From IMG/VR virus record IMGVR_UViG_3300033485_000030, positions 1-46,315 of that record: 46,315 nucleotides of DNA; one strand, written 5' to 3'. The notes under the pieces are model-generated. The model saw only the letters and a list, made by a program, of their open reading frames with translations. It was not told where the DNA came from and ran no database searches. Positions 7,840 through 18,900 of this stretch are shown piece by piece (within the stretch, counting starts at the first letter, position 1; every line of letters starts with the position of its first letter). Source of the stretch: a virus. Taxonomy: Duplodnaviria; Caudoviricetes. The position numbers were made by a program, and so were the translations under genes.

Positions 7840-8739
7840 ATGTTCAATACAAAGTCGATTTTCAACTGGAATGTACCCCAAATCAAAGGAGGTGATCCTT
7901 TAAAGTTTGCTCAGTTATTAGTAGATGCCAATTTTGAGGGAGTTTATTTAAAGTGCGCAGATGGTCCATTTATTTTTAAACAATGGCCTGGTGGTCCTTG
8001 GCCTAGTTGGGGAGAGAATGTAAAGATTGAATTAGTTAATGCTTTACGTGATGCGGGATTGAAAGTTTATTTTTGGCACTTTCTTTATGGACATAATCCA
8101 AAAGGAGAACTCGATATCGCGGTTCATCAATGTGATGAATTTAAACCTGATGGTTATATTTGGAATGTTGAGGGTTCATTTGATGAACAAGTTAAAGCAG
8201 AAGCAAATTCGAGAATGATAAGCACCGGTTTTAGAAAACTACATCCAGAAATTCCACAAGCACTTTGTTGGTGGGCATTTCCATTAAATCCACGAAATCC
8301 TAAAATTGAATGGCATCCTATTCGTGTTGCTAAAGCTTGGATGGAAGTTGTAGATTATGTTATGCCAATGATGTATTGGGATGGAAGTGGAGCATCTAAC
8401 GCTGTAAGTTATTTAGAGAAAAGTATAGGAGTTTGGAGAAGTTTTTGTAATCTTCCAATGATTCCAGTAGGAAGAGCATATATTGGTGATGGTGGTAAGG
8501 CAACTTCAGAAGCTATAGAAGCGTTTGCTCAAAGAGTTATGGAATTAGACGAGGAAGCTAAATTAGTTGGAATTTCTTGGTGGTCTCTTGATCATTCTTT
8601 TAAGAATGTTTCTTGGTGGGATGCTTTGACTGGGACTCCAAGATTTTCTGGTCCTCCAATTCCAACACTTCCTACTAAAGTAATATTAGAACGTTTAGTT
8701 AATAACCACAAGGAGTTATTCCCAGAATTATTTGGATAG
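7840..8739 (+). CDS. Putative endolysin, glycoside hydrolase (GH25-like TIM barrel)
   Basis: VYLKCADG, GLKVYFWHFLYG, GYIWNVE (DxE-like), MPMMYW and GISWWS strand motifs; strong RBS. Confidence 0.6.
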   Translation: MFNTKSIFNWNVPQIKGGDPLKFAQLLVDANFEGVYLKCADGPFIFKQWPGGPWPSWGENVKIELVNALRDAGLKVYFWHFLYGHNPKGELDIAVHQCDEFKPDGYIWNVEGSFDEQVKAEANSRMISTGFRKLHPEIPQALCWWAFPLNPRNPKIEWHPIRVAKAWMEVVDYVMPMMYWDGSGASNAVSYLEKSIGVWRSFCNLPMIPVGRAYIGDGGKATSEAIEAFAQRVMELDEEAKLVGISWWSLDHSFKNVSWWDALTGTPRFSGPPIPTLPTKVILERLVNNHKELFPELFG

Positions 8740-8750
8740 GAGTTGATATT

Positions 8751-9104
8751 ATGGCTAGTTCCAAGAAAGGTGTTATTAAGCGTGTTAAGCCAAATAGAAG
8801 ACCTCCAGCACCAACTCCAGAGGCTCGCGAAAATCAACTTATAAAAGCAGCGATCGATTTGGCTGAAGAGCAACTTTCTAATGGAACTGCGTCTGCACAA
8901 GTCATTACACATTATTTAAAACTAGGTTCTACCAAAGAACGATTAGAGAAAGAAAAACTTGCTAGAGAAAATGAACTTCTTTTAGCTAAAACAGAAGCTC
9001 TTCAATCTGCTAAACGGGTTGAAGAGCTTTATGCTAACGCTTTAAATGCAATGCGTTCTTATGGTGGAACTAGAGAAGCGGATGATGTCGATGACAATGA
9101 TTAG
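8751..9104 (+). CDS. Hypothetical protein, possible small terminase subunit
   Basis: RBS TAGGAG; helical; upstream of HNH and terminase. Confidence 0.55.
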   Translation: MASSKKGVIKRVKPNRRPPAPTPEARENQLIKAAIDLAEEQLSNGTASAQVITHYLKLGSTKERLEKEKLARENELLLAKTEALQSAKRVEELYANALNAMRSYGGTREADDVDDND

Positions 9105-9507
9105 ATCATATAGAGAGTTGCGAAGATTGCCTACATTCGAAGAACGCTATAATTATCTTCGTTTAAAAGAAAATGTTGGAGATTCTACATTTGGTTTTGA
9201 TCGTTTTTTTAATCAAAAGTTTTATAGATCTACGGAATGGAGACAAATTAGATATAAAGTTATTGAGAGGGATAATGCCTGCGATCTTGGTATACCAGGT
9301 TATGAAATAGGTTTTCAACCCCTTATTCATCATATGAATCCCATTTCTATTAAAGATATAGAAGAGGCTAATGATGATATATTTAATCTAAATTTTCTAA
9401 TTTGTACAACATATAATACTCATCGCGCTATTCATTTCGGTGATGAATCTTTACTTATCAAATCGCCTATAGTTCGTCGTCCCGGTGACACGACTCTTTG
9501 GCGTTAA
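9097..9507 (+). CDS. HNH endonuclease
   Basis: W..IR.KVIERDNACD...IHHMNP...FLIC....THRAIH; overlaps the upstream stop; start at 9091 or 9097. Confidence 0.8.
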   Translation: MIRSYRELRRLPTFEERYNYLRLKENVGDSTFGFDRFFNQKFYRSTEWRQIRYKVIERDNACDLGIPGYEIGFQPLIHHMNPISIKDIEEANDDIFNLNFLICTTYNTHRAIHFGDESLLIKSPIVRRPGDTTLWR

Positions 9508-9524
9508 ATGCTAAAGGAGTTTAT

Positions 9525-9935
9525 ATGGATAGTATATTAAATACAGTTAAAATGGCACTAGGCGTCGAACTTAATTATACTGGTTTTGACATTCAGATTC
9601 TTCTAGATATTAATAGTGCCATAGTAAATTTAAATCAATTAGGAGTTGGTCCAAGAAGTGGATTTGTTGTTAAAGGAGAAAGTGAAAGTTGGACTGATCT
9701 TTTAGGATCATCTAATTTGTTAGAACCTGCTAAAAGTTATATAGTACATAAGGTTCGCTTATCTTTTGATCCTCCTACTAATTCATTTTTAATAGATGCT
9801 ATACAACAACAAATAAGAGAATTAGAATGGCGCTTAATGGTTCAAAACGATCGTCCTTATAATGATTGTTATGAGGAAGTAGTATTAAATGAATTTGTTT
9901 ATGTTAATTCTCTAGATTCTGTAGGAGGAGTATAA
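9525..9935 (+). CDS. Head-to-tail connector/adaptor-like protein
   Basis: AAAGGAG before ATG 9525; SILNTVK.ALG...FD.QI...IN and FDPP motifs. Confidence 0.6.
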   Translation: MDSILNTVKMALGVELNYTGFDIQILLDINSAIVNLNQLGVGPRSGFVVKGESESWTDLLGSSNLLEPAKSYIVHKVRLSFDPPTNSFLIDAIQQQIRELEWRLMVQNDRPYNDCYEEVVLNEFVYVNSLDSVGGV

Positions 9936-9936
9936 T

Positions 9937-10554
9937 ATGCCATATCCTAATGAGCATGCAGTTAGAGTAAAAGATCCTGGTTTATTCATTCCTGATTCTT
10001 TTAGAAGTAAAGAAATAAAACCAGGAATACGAATAATTATTGGTAAATTAAAAAGTGGAACTTCTATGGTTACGCAGGCATATAGATTTTCATCAGATAG
10101 TTATACTATTGAAGAAGTTAGATCTTGGTTAAAAGATAATAATGTGGCTTATATGAAAATTGAACCTGCCAGTGAAAAAGAAGATAATAAATTGGAACAT
10201 ATTGGCGTTAAAGGAATGCGTTGGGGTGTTAGGAAATCAATAAATTCTGGGAGATCGTCTGGCAAAAAAGGGGGTTCGAAAGAGAGTCCTGATTATAGTA
10301 ATGTATCTAAACTCAGAAAAAAGAAAATAAAGAGTATGTCTAATGAGGAAATGGAAAGAGTAGTTAAACGAATGAGTTTAGAGAAAAGATATAAGGAAAT
10401 TAATCCTAGTAAAGTTAAACGTGGAAGTAAAGCTGTTGGTAACGCCTTTACAACTGTAGGTCAAGTGGCAGGAGTAGCTGCATCCATAGTTACATTAGCA
10501 ACTCTTGGAAAAAAATTCTTCGATTATTATAATAAAGTAAAAGGTGGTGGATAA
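9937..10554 (+). CDS. HIGVKGMRWG-motif protein with an extra N-terminal PYPNEH domain
   Basis: LEHIGVKGMRWGVRK in mid-protein; basic C-terminal half with a hydrophobic helix; AGGAGG RBS. Confidence 0.7.
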   Translation: MPYPNEHAVRVKDPGLFIPDSFRSKEIKPGIRIIIGKLKSGTSMVTQAYRFSSDSYTIEEVRSWLKDNNVAYMKIEPASEKEDNKLEHIGVKGMRWGVRKSINSGRSSGKKGGSKESPDYSNVSKLRKKKIKSMSNEEMERVVKRMSLEKRYKEINPSKVKRGSKAVGNAFTTVGQVAGVAASIVTLATLGKKFFDYYNKVKGGG

Positions 10555-10973
10555 TGAATGATGAACATTTAGAACATATTGGTATTAAAGGAATGCGATG
10601 GGGTATTCGTAAAAAAATCGCCGAAGGACATGGTCGAGCTGCTCAAATTCATATGAAAAGAGCTGAAAATGCTGATAAGCTTTTTCCAAAAGGCGGAACT
10701 TTACATCGTAAAGCTGCTGAACGACATAAAAGGATAGTAGAAAGACTTAAACAACCAATTAAACATTATGAACCAATGAGTAAAGCAGATAAGAAATTTT
10801 TTACAAAAGCTGCAAAAGGTGTTGGATTAGCACTTGGTATGGTAGGTAGTGCTGCTATTTCGTCTTATCTTATGAATAGAGCTATGAATAAATATTATGC
10901 ACGAAAAGCAGCTGACGCAATAGGCGCGATGCTATTAAACAAACAAGCTCGATCTATTATTCATCTTCCATAA
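10554..10973 (+). CDS. HIGIKGMRWG-motif protein
   Basis: N-terminal LEHIGIKGMRWGIRK; TAATG coupling to the upstream gene. Confidence 0.7.
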   Translation: MNDEHLEHIGIKGMRWGIRKKIAEGHGRAAQIHMKRAENADKLFPKGGTLHRKAAERHKRIVERLKQPIKHYEPMSKADKKFFTKAAKGVGLALGMVGSAAISSYLMNRAMNKYYARKAADAIGAMLLNKQARSIIHLP

Positions 10974-11001
10974 TTTTATAAATTATTTTTAAGAGGTTAA
11001 G

Positions 11002-12747
11002 ATGTCCTTATCGAATACAGCAGTTCCTATTTATTATGGTGAGTTTCGAGAAAGAGTGATACGAGGTGAGATACCAGTATGTAAAGAAATCTCATTAGAA
11101 ATGAATAGGATTGATCAGCTTATAGAAAATCCTGGTATTTACTATGATGATCAAGCTGTAGAAGGTTTCGTTCGTTTCTGTGAGAATGAACTCACTCTAA
11201 CCGACGGAAGCGATTTAACCTTACTTGATACTTTTAAATTGTGGGCAGAACAAATTTTTGGTTGGTATTATTTTGTTGAGCGAAGTATTTATGTGCCAAA
11301 TGCCAAAAATCGTGGTGGAAAATATATTAGAAAACGAATTAAAAAACGTTTAATTAATAAACAATATTTAATAGTTGCCCGTGGTGCAGCTAAATCTATG
11401 TATGCATCTTGCATACAAAATTACTTTTTAAATGTTGATACGTCTACCACTCACCAGATTACAACTGCCCCAACAATGAAACAGGCAGAAGAAGTTATGT
11501 CGCCTATACGTACTTCTATCACACGCGCACGAGGTCCTTTATTTCAATTTCTTACCGAGGGTTCGTTACAGAATACCACTGGTTCACGAGCCACTCGTCA
11601 AAAATTAGCTTCAACAAAAAAAGGAATTGAAAATTTTCTTACTGGTTCCTTATTAGAAGTACGTCCAATGTCAATTGATAAACTTCAAGGATTACGCCCG
11701 ATGATTGCCACAATAGATGAGTGGTTATCTGGCGATATTCGTGAAGATGTTGTTGGTGCTATAGAGCAAGGGGCTTCTAAACTTGATAATTATTTAATTG
11801 TTGCGATGAGTTCAGAAGGAACAATTCGTAATAGTAGTGGCGATACTATTAAGATGGAACTAACGGATATACTTAAAGGAGATTATATTAATCCGCATGT
11901 TTCTATCTGGTATTATAAATTAGATGATATCAAGGAAGTAAATGATCCAAGAATGTGGCCGAAGGCTAATCCAAATTTAGGTAAAACAGTTACTTATGAA
12001 ACTTATCAATTAGATGTTGAAAGAGCGGAAAAAGTTCCTTCTACAAGAAACGATATTCTTGCAAAAAGATTTGGTATTCCAATGGAAGGATATACTTATT
12101 TCTTCACTTATGAAGAAACTCTTACTCATAGGCATAGAGATTTTTGGTCAATGCCATGCGCTCTTGGATTTGATCTTTCTCAAGGTGATGACTTTTGTGC
12201 ATTTACATTTTTGTTTCCTTTGCCCAATTCATCTTTTGGAATCAAGACTCGTTGCTATATTTCTTCATTAACATTAAAGAAATTACCAGGTGCTATGAGA
12301 ATTAAATATGAGCAATTTCTTGATGAGACAAGTTTACAAGTTCTTGAATGTACAGTTTTAGATATGATGGAGGTCTATGAGGATTTAGATAATTTTATAA
12401 CCGAATCTAGTTATGATGTCCGTTGTGTTGGATTTGATCCATATAATGCTAAAGAATTCATCGAAAGATGGGAAAGGGAAAATGGTTCTTATGGAATAGA
12501 AAAGGTTCCACAAGGAGTGAAAACCGAATCTGTTCCACTTGGTGAGTTAAAAACCCTTTCGGAAGAAAGAATGCTTAAATTTGATCAAGAACTTATGAGT
12601 TTTGCAATGGGTAATGCCATTACATTAGAAGATACTAACGGTAATCGTAAACTTCTTAAGAGAAGATACGAACAAAAAATAGACCCTGTTTCGGCATTAT
12701 TAGATGCTTATGTTGCTTATAAAGCAAATAAAGATCAGTTTGAATAA
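11002..12747 (+). CDS. terL: Terminase large subunit
   Basis: Walker A-like VARGAAKS, Walker B ATIDE, WPKANPNLG, nuclease GFDLS, C-terminal KIDPVSALLDA. Confidence 0.92.
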   Translation: MSLSNTAVPIYYGEFRERVIRGEIPVCKEISLEMNRIDQLIENPGIYYDDQAVEGFVRFCENELTLTDGSDLTLLDTFKLWAEQIFGWYYFVERSIYVPNAKNRGGKYIRKRIKKRLINKQYLIVARGAAKSMYASCIQNYFLNVDTSTTHQITTAPTMKQAEEVMSPIRTSITRARGPLFQFLTEGSLQNTTGSRATRQKLASTKKGIENFLTGSLLEVRPMSIDKLQGLRPMIATIDEWLSGDIREDVVGAIEQGASKLDNYLIVAMSSEGTIRNSSGDTIKMELTDILKGDYINPHVSIWYYKLDDIKEVNDPRMWPKANPNLGKTVTYETYQLDVERAEKVPSTRNDILAKRFGIPMEGYTYFFTYEETLTHRHRDFWSMPCALGFDLSQGDDFCAFTFLFPLPNSSFGIKTRCYISSLTLKKLPGAMRIKYEQFLDETSLQVLECTVLDMMEVYEDLDNFITESSYDVRCVGFDPYNAKEFIERWERENGSYGIEKVPQGVKTESVPLGELKTLSEERMLKFDQELMSFAMGNAITLEDTNGNRKLLKRRYEQKIDPVSALLDAYVAYKANKDQFE

Positions 12748-12771
12748 TTATATTTTGATAGGAGAAAAAAA

Positions 12772-13332
12772 ATGGAAAAAAATCTTATTACCAATGTTAT
12801 GAAAATTAGAGAGGAGATTATTGTTAAAAATTCTATGAATATCGGACGTAAACTTAAAACTCATTATTCGATCGAAGCTATCCGTGATGGTCAAGTACTA
12901 TGGACCGAGGAATTTGATAATTTAGTAGTCGATGCAGGTTTGAATGATTCTTTAGATAAGCATCTTAAAGGTAGTGCATATACTGCTGCTTGGTATGTTG
13001 GTGTAGTTGGTTCGTCTCCAACATTTGCTGCTGGTGATACAATGGGCGGTGGTCATGCTGGTTGGACTGAGAGCACCACATATGATGAAGCAAATCGTCC
13101 TACGTTGACTCTTGGGGCCGTTTCTGGTAAGAGTGTCGATAATTCAGCTAGTAAAGCAGTATTTACAATCAGTGGTACTGTAACTTTGGGTGGTGCCTTT
13201 GTTGTTAGCACTAATAATAAGGGTGGCTCAACTGGTACTCTTTATGGTGGTGGAGCTTTCTCACAGAACCGTGCTTTAGTTGATAACGATGTTCTGAACG
13301 TGACAATTACTTGTACTGCTGCTGCATCCTAA
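12772..13332 (+). CDS. Virion structural protein (fibre/decoration cassette)
   Basis: Gly/Ala/Thr/Val-rich beta protein with NLVVDAGLN motif; RBS. Confidence 0.6.
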   Translation: MEKNLITNVMKIREEIIVKNSMNIGRKLKTHYSIEAIRDGQVLWTEEFDNLVVDAGLNDSLDKHLKGSAYTAAWYVGVVGSSPTFAAGDTMGGGHAGWTESTTYDEANRPTLTLGAVSGKSVDNSASKAVFTISGTVTLGGAFVVSTNNKGGSTGTLYGGGAFSQNRALVDNDVLNVTITCTAAAS

Positions 13333-13333
13333 T

Positions 13334-14017
13334 ATGAACAAGACCATCTATACATTGAACGTAGATGGATATAGTTCTGAAATAACTGACTTAACTTATC
13401 CATTACTGAAACGTTATGCAGATAAAATTAATGCTGATTTTTTCATAATTACTGATAGAATTTATCCACAATTTCCTCCAGTATATGAAAAGTTGCAAAT
13501 ATATGATCTGCAATATATGAAAGGAGATGATTGGAGTATTTATATCGATAGCGATGCTATAGTTCATCCCGATTTCTTTGACGTAACAGAACTCGTTCAA
13601 AAAGATACAGTTTTACATAATGGTTGTGATTTTGCTAATAATCGATGGCGTTATGATCGTATTTTTCGTCGAGATGGTCGTCATATAGGATCTTGTAACT
13701 GGTTTACTGTTGCATCGGATTGGTGTAGAGAATTATGGAAACCATTAACTAATTATGAAAAATATGAGGAAGCATTAAATAATATTTTTCCTATACAAGA
13801 TGAACTTAATACTATTATTACTAGAGAACATCTTATAGATGATTATATTCTTTCTCATAATATAGCAGAATATGGTTTTCATTTTACTACTCTAATAGAA
13901 TTAATAAGTAAGCTTAATATACCAGGTAATTATTTATGGCATCAATATACTATATCGACTGAAGAAAAAGTTAAGCAATTAAAAGAAACGCTTAAGAAAT
14001 GGAATCTATATGGCTAG
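13334..14017 (+). CDS. GT-A fold glycosyltransferase-like protein
   Basis: YADKINADF, YEKLQ, WSIYIDSDAIV (DxD) motifs. Confidence 0.65.
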   Translation: MNKTIYTLNVDGYSSEITDLTYPLLKRYADKINADFFIITDRIYPQFPPVYEKLQIYDLQYMKGDDWSIYIDSDAIVHPDFFDVTELVQKDTVLHNGCDFANNRWRYDRIFRRDGRHIGSCNWFTVASDWCRELWKPLTNYEKYEEALNNIFPIQDELNTIITREHLIDDYILSHNIAEYGFHFTTLIELISKLNIPGNYLWHQYTISTEEKVKQLKETLKKWNLYG

Positions 14018-15107
14018 CAATACTTATACTACACCCGGACCTGGAAATTTTACTGTTCCAAGCGATGTTACTCAACTTATTATAGAATTATGGGGCGGTG
14101 GAGGAGGAGGTGGTGGATCAAATCAAAATTCCACTGCTGGAGGAGCTGGAGGTGGTGGTGCTGGTGCATATGTTAGAATCGTTGTAGATAATGTAGTACC
14201 TGGTAATGTGCATGGGTTTAATGTTGCTTCGGCTGGTGCAGGGGGCCCAGCCGGTAACAATAATGGAAATTCTGGTGGAGCTTCAAATTTTTATAATAAT
14301 TCTGGTGGTAATACAAGTATTATTGTTTCTGCAAATGGTGGTGGTGGAGGTCTTAGAGCTAATAATACTGGTAATAAAGCTGGTATTGGTGGTGCCGCTA
14401 ACGGAGAAGTAGGAACATCATATAAAGGTGGAAACGGTTCTAATAATGGTGGTGTTAGTACTGGTGGTGGTGGAGGTGCTGGAGCAGGAAATGCAAATGC
14501 TGGTGCCGATTCAACTGGACAAACAGGAGCAACAGGAGTTAATGGTGGTGGATCTGGTGGTAATGGTGGTTCTAGAAATGCTAATGGTAATAATTATCAA
14601 ACAGAACCAGGTGCTGGTGGTGGAGGAGCAGGTAGAGCTAATGTGACAGCTCCAAGAGCTGGTGGCACAGGGGCAAATGGTAAAATTATTGTTACTTATT
14701 ATATAAATATTACCGAAAGTATAACTTTAACTAGATCCTCTGGAATATCAATTACTGAAGGATCTTCTTTTTTAGAGAATGTTACAGTAACTAGATCTTC
14801 TGGGATATCTAATAGTGAAGATTTATCCATTCCAGAAAGTGTTACATTAACTAATTTTACTGGAATATCGATTAGCGAAGAAGTATCTAGTCAAAATATT
14901 GAGGAAAGTATAACATTATCTAAATACGATGGAATTATTTCATTAGATGAATTAGTAGGACAAGATGGAAACATATTAACTAAATACGATGGAATTAGTT
15001 TACTAGATGAAGTAGAAAACCAAGATGGAAATACATTAGTAATTGATAATAAAACTATTAGTGTAACAAATTTTGCAATTATTGAAGAAACTTTATATGG
15101 AAATTAG
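14010..15107 (+). CDS. Glycine-rich-domain fibre protein with C-terminal ~20-aa repeats
   Basis: FTVPSDVT..IELWGGGGGGG ... GANGKIIVTY glycine-rich domain, followed by ESITLxRxxGI repeats. Confidence 0.75.
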   Translation: MASNTYTTPGPGNFTVPSDVTQLIIELWGGGGGGGGSNQNSTAGGAGGGGAGAYVRIVVDNVVPGNVHGFNVASAGAGGPAGNNNGNSGGASNFYNNSGGNTSIIVSANGGGGGLRANNTGNKAGIGGAANGEVGTSYKGGNGSNNGGVSTGGGGGAGAGNANAGADSTGQTGATGVNGGGSGGNGGSRNANGNNYQTEPGAGGGGAGRANVTAPRAGGTGANGKIIVTYYINITESITLTRSSGISITEGSSFLENVTVTRSSGISNSEDLSIPESVTLTNFTGISISEEVSSQNIEESITLSKYDGIISLDELVGQDGNILTKYDGISLLDEVENQDGNTLVIDNKTISVTNFAIIEETLYGN

Positions 15108-15112
15108 GAGGT

Positions 15113-15529
15113 ATGATGTCTATTTTACAAATATTATACAATGAAATTATTAATGATCCTCTTGGACGTGGTTATTCTAATATGACAAATGCTGAAATAG
15201 CTGAAAGTATTAATACTATTAATAGAAGTAAAACAAAATCATATTTGAACGGTTCTATTATTTATGAAACTATTGATATTTCAGAATATATCCTTCTTCC
15301 TCTGACAGAAAAAGAAGAAGTTTGGAATATTATTCATCTTGGAGAAAACATTGATGTGCGTCCAGGAAGTAAAGCACGTACTCGTTTTATTTCAATATTT
15401 GGAGTTGGTTCTAATACAATTTCAGCACTTGCTAATATATTAAATATACCTATTAGTCGTGGGGAAGAATTAGGAATTGGTGAGGTATCAGAAGGACTAG
15501 TATTTGAAGCGAAAGCCTTAGGAGGATAA
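15113..15529 (+). CDS. Hypothetical protein of the fibre cassette
   Basis: AGGAGG RBS; DPLGRGY and SRGEELG motifs. Confidence 0.7.
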   Translation: MMSILQILYNEIINDPLGRGYSNMTNAEIAESINTINRSKTKSYLNGSIIYETIDISEYILLPLTEKEEVWNIIHLGENIDVRPGSKARTRFISIFGVGSNTISALANILNIPISRGEELGIGEVSEGLVFEAKALGG

Positions 15530-15530
15530 T

Positions 15531-15974
15531 ATGAGTACATCTAAATGGGAAGCTAGAGCAAATGCTGAGACTGTTTTATCTACAGAATTAAATTCATTAG
15601 CAAATGATGGGAATAAACTCTCTGCAGCATTTGATAATTATTCTAGCGATAAGCTTTATCTTTATGCCGAGTTTGAATTATATCTTGCCGCCCAGAGTAC
15701 TAGAAGTGCTGGAGCTCATGTAGCTTTATTTATTCTTCCGGAACTAGATGGTTCAAATTATAGTTATGGTGATGATTCTACAGATCCATCAGCTTCTTCT
15801 TTAGTAGCTACCTTTCCTCTTGATGCCGCTACTAATGCTAGATATATAGTTATTACTGGCGTTGTTCTTCCTCCTACTAGTTTTAAGATTCTGGTAGAAA
15901 ATAAAACTGGAGTAGCATTTGCTAGTAGTAGTAATACACTAAAAATGCGACGTTATAACGTTCAGGGGGTTTAA
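15531..15974 (+). CDS. Hypothetical beta-rich protein of the fibre cassette
   Basis: AGGAGG RBS; tightly packed. Confidence 0.7.
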   Translation: MSTSKWEARANAETVLSTELNSLANDGNKLSAAFDNYSSDKLYLYAEFELYLAAQSTRSAGAHVALFILPELDGSNYSYGDDSTDPSASSLVATFPLDAATNARYIVITGVVLPPTSFKILVENKTGVAFASSSNTLKMRRYNVQGV

Positions 15975-18900
15975 ATGGCCATAAAGTTTGGAGTGACGCC
16001 AGGAAATCCAGGTTTTTCTATTTCCAAACTTCCATCTAGAAGATCATATAGAGTTAATTGGGCAAATCCGATTACCAAAAACCTAGTATTCTTTGCGTCA
16101 TGGCTAAACATTGGTACCGATTTAGCAACAGATCTTGTTCGTGGAAGACGTTCTACCAGAGGTGGTGTTCAAACTCGAAAAGCTGTTTCCGATCCCGAGA
16201 TGGGAGAAGTATTTGAATGGGGCGCAGACACTGAAACCGGTGCGGGAAGAGATATATTATCTTGGGGAATATTATCTGAGTGGAATGGAAGAAACCAAGC
16301 TTCTATAGCAGTATGGTTGAAAGTATTAGATGATGCTACCGGCACAGAAATTTTATTTGGAATTCAAGATGCGGGTAATTCTTGGGAAGGTTATAATGTT
16401 GAGACCTGGACATCGGGTATGCGCAATGCCGAGGCCTCTCCCGATGACACATATATAGGGAGAGAAACAACTGGTACTGGACTCCCCGGTAAATGGGAAC
16501 TTCTTGTAAATGTTTATGATGGAACAAAGTCAACAGTCGAAGAACGACTAAAACTTTATCAAAATACTGTTCCATTAGGCGGAACTGTTGGTACTATACC
16601 AACTGCGCTGGGAACGTTTACAGATATATGGCAAATGCATGCTGGAAATTTTGGAGAGCCAGACTGCCATTATAGAGCTCTTTATTTTGCTGGATGGCAA
16701 CGTTCTCTTACTCCATATGAAGTATCTCTTCTCTACGCACCCCAGACACGTTTTGATATATATAGATTTGATGATCCAACATTTTTCTTAATATTAGATG
16801 GGGGTGCAATTAATGAATCAGTTAGTTTATCAAAATCTGTAGGAATAGTTTCATCTAATCAAGTTAATATTCAAGAATCTGTCTCTTTAGGTAGAACTAA
16901 TGGAGTTTCCATCGGTATATCAACAATTTCAGTTGTTCAAACAAAAGGTACTAGAACTATTTCAGGAAATACTTATTATGATTTAGCGTTTGATAGCAAT
17001 ATTACTGCTGGAAATCGTATTGTGATTATTGTAGGTAAGGGTGCCGGTACTGATCAAACTCCTTTTGTTCTTGGAGATATTTCTAAATCAGCAGGTACTG
17101 CTACTCTTGGTTCATTTACAATGGAAAAGAGTGCTACTCATAATGAAAATATTAGACATGCAGCTATATATTCTGCACATGTTACTGGTTCTGGTAGTTG
17201 TACTATAAGAATAGCTGTTACTATAGATAAAGCAGTTATAATAGCCCTTGCAGAAATACACTCCGGACTTGGTTCTTTAGTTGTTGGTAATAGTACTAAT
17301 TCTGGTCAAGGAAATACTGGTTATCCCTCATCAGGAGATATAACAACTGATGGAGAAGGTATTATTATCGGTGGTGGACAGATACAAGATCCACCTTCTG
17401 AAATAATTACTGAAGATACTTTCTTTACTAATATTTATAAATCAGCCGATGTTAATTATTGTACAGGTGCTTCAGAATATCGAATTGTACCTCAAACTAC
17501 TACTGATGCAGTAAGTTATCTAGCTCCATCAACGGTTAAATGGGTGTTAGTTGGAGCAACTTATTTAGTATCAGAAGAAATAGAAGAATCTATTAGTCTA
17601 GAAAAGAATTTAGGAGTATCATTTTCTGAGCAATTATATATATCAGATAGTTATATTCTAACTAAATCTGCCGGAATAGTTTCATCCGATCAGATAATAG
17701 TAGAAGATAGTTATATTCTAACTAAATCTTCAGGAATAATTTCATCCGATCAGATAATAGTAGAAGGTAGTTATATTCTAACTAAATCTTCTGGAATAGT
17801 TTCATCCGATCAGATAATAGTAGAAGATAATTTACTCCTTTCAAAACTTAATGAGATATTATCAACTAATCAAGCAGATATTCAAGATTTTATCAATCTT
17901 TTAAAGTTAAAAGGAATAAATATTTATTCGTCAATTTTAGTTGATGAAAGTTCTTTATTAAATATATTTGAAAATTTAGTAGTAGTAGAGCAAACGGGTT
18001 CAGCTATTGAAGAGTCAATCACTTTATCAAAAAGACTTTATGTAACTCAAAAACAACCAGCAGTAGAAGAATCAGTTATTTTAACAAAGTCCATTGGAAT
18101 AATTTCATCCGATCAAGTTAATATTCAAGATACTTCAGTTCTTATTAAATCATTAAATATTATTAGTATTGATCAAGTTTTTATTCAAGATTTAGTAAGT
18201 TTTTCAATATCAAATTTAATAATTTCCTTAGACCAAATAATAATTAGTGATGAATTTAGTTTAAATAAATTATTAGGCATTAGTAGTCTTGATAGTCCAG
18301 TTACAGAAGAAAGCATTAGTTTAATAAAGAATTTAATATTATCTTCTTCTGATCAATTAGATATATTAGATAATATAAATCTTGGAACTGTTTTATCTAT
18401 TAATGCAATAGAAACTATTTCAGTTTATGATAGTTTAATCTTTTTAAGATCTAGTGATATATTACTAAGCGATCAAGTTAATCTTCAAGAAATAGTTAGT
18501 CTTCTTAATATTAAAGGAATTGAAGCAGTTTCACAAGTTTTTGTTAATGATGCTTTAAGTTTTTCATTATTAAAGACTATATTAGTAATTGAAGAAACTC
18601 AAGGACAGTATGCTGAGGTTATTACTTTAGCACGTTATAATACTATAAGTATATTGCAAGAAGGAATAAGTAATGTTAGTGAAAGTTCTCTTCTTAGTCG
18701 ATTAAACGGAATTAATATTACTGATCAAAATATATCTAGTGCTAATATTAATTTAGCTCGTTCAGATGGATTGAGTAGTTCTTTAACAAGTATAATTAGT
18801 GTCTCTTCTTCCTTAGATCGCTTTGCTACTATCACTAGTGTTACTAATTCTAATGTTAATAATGATATTTCATTAAGTTATCTCAAAGGATTAAATAGTA

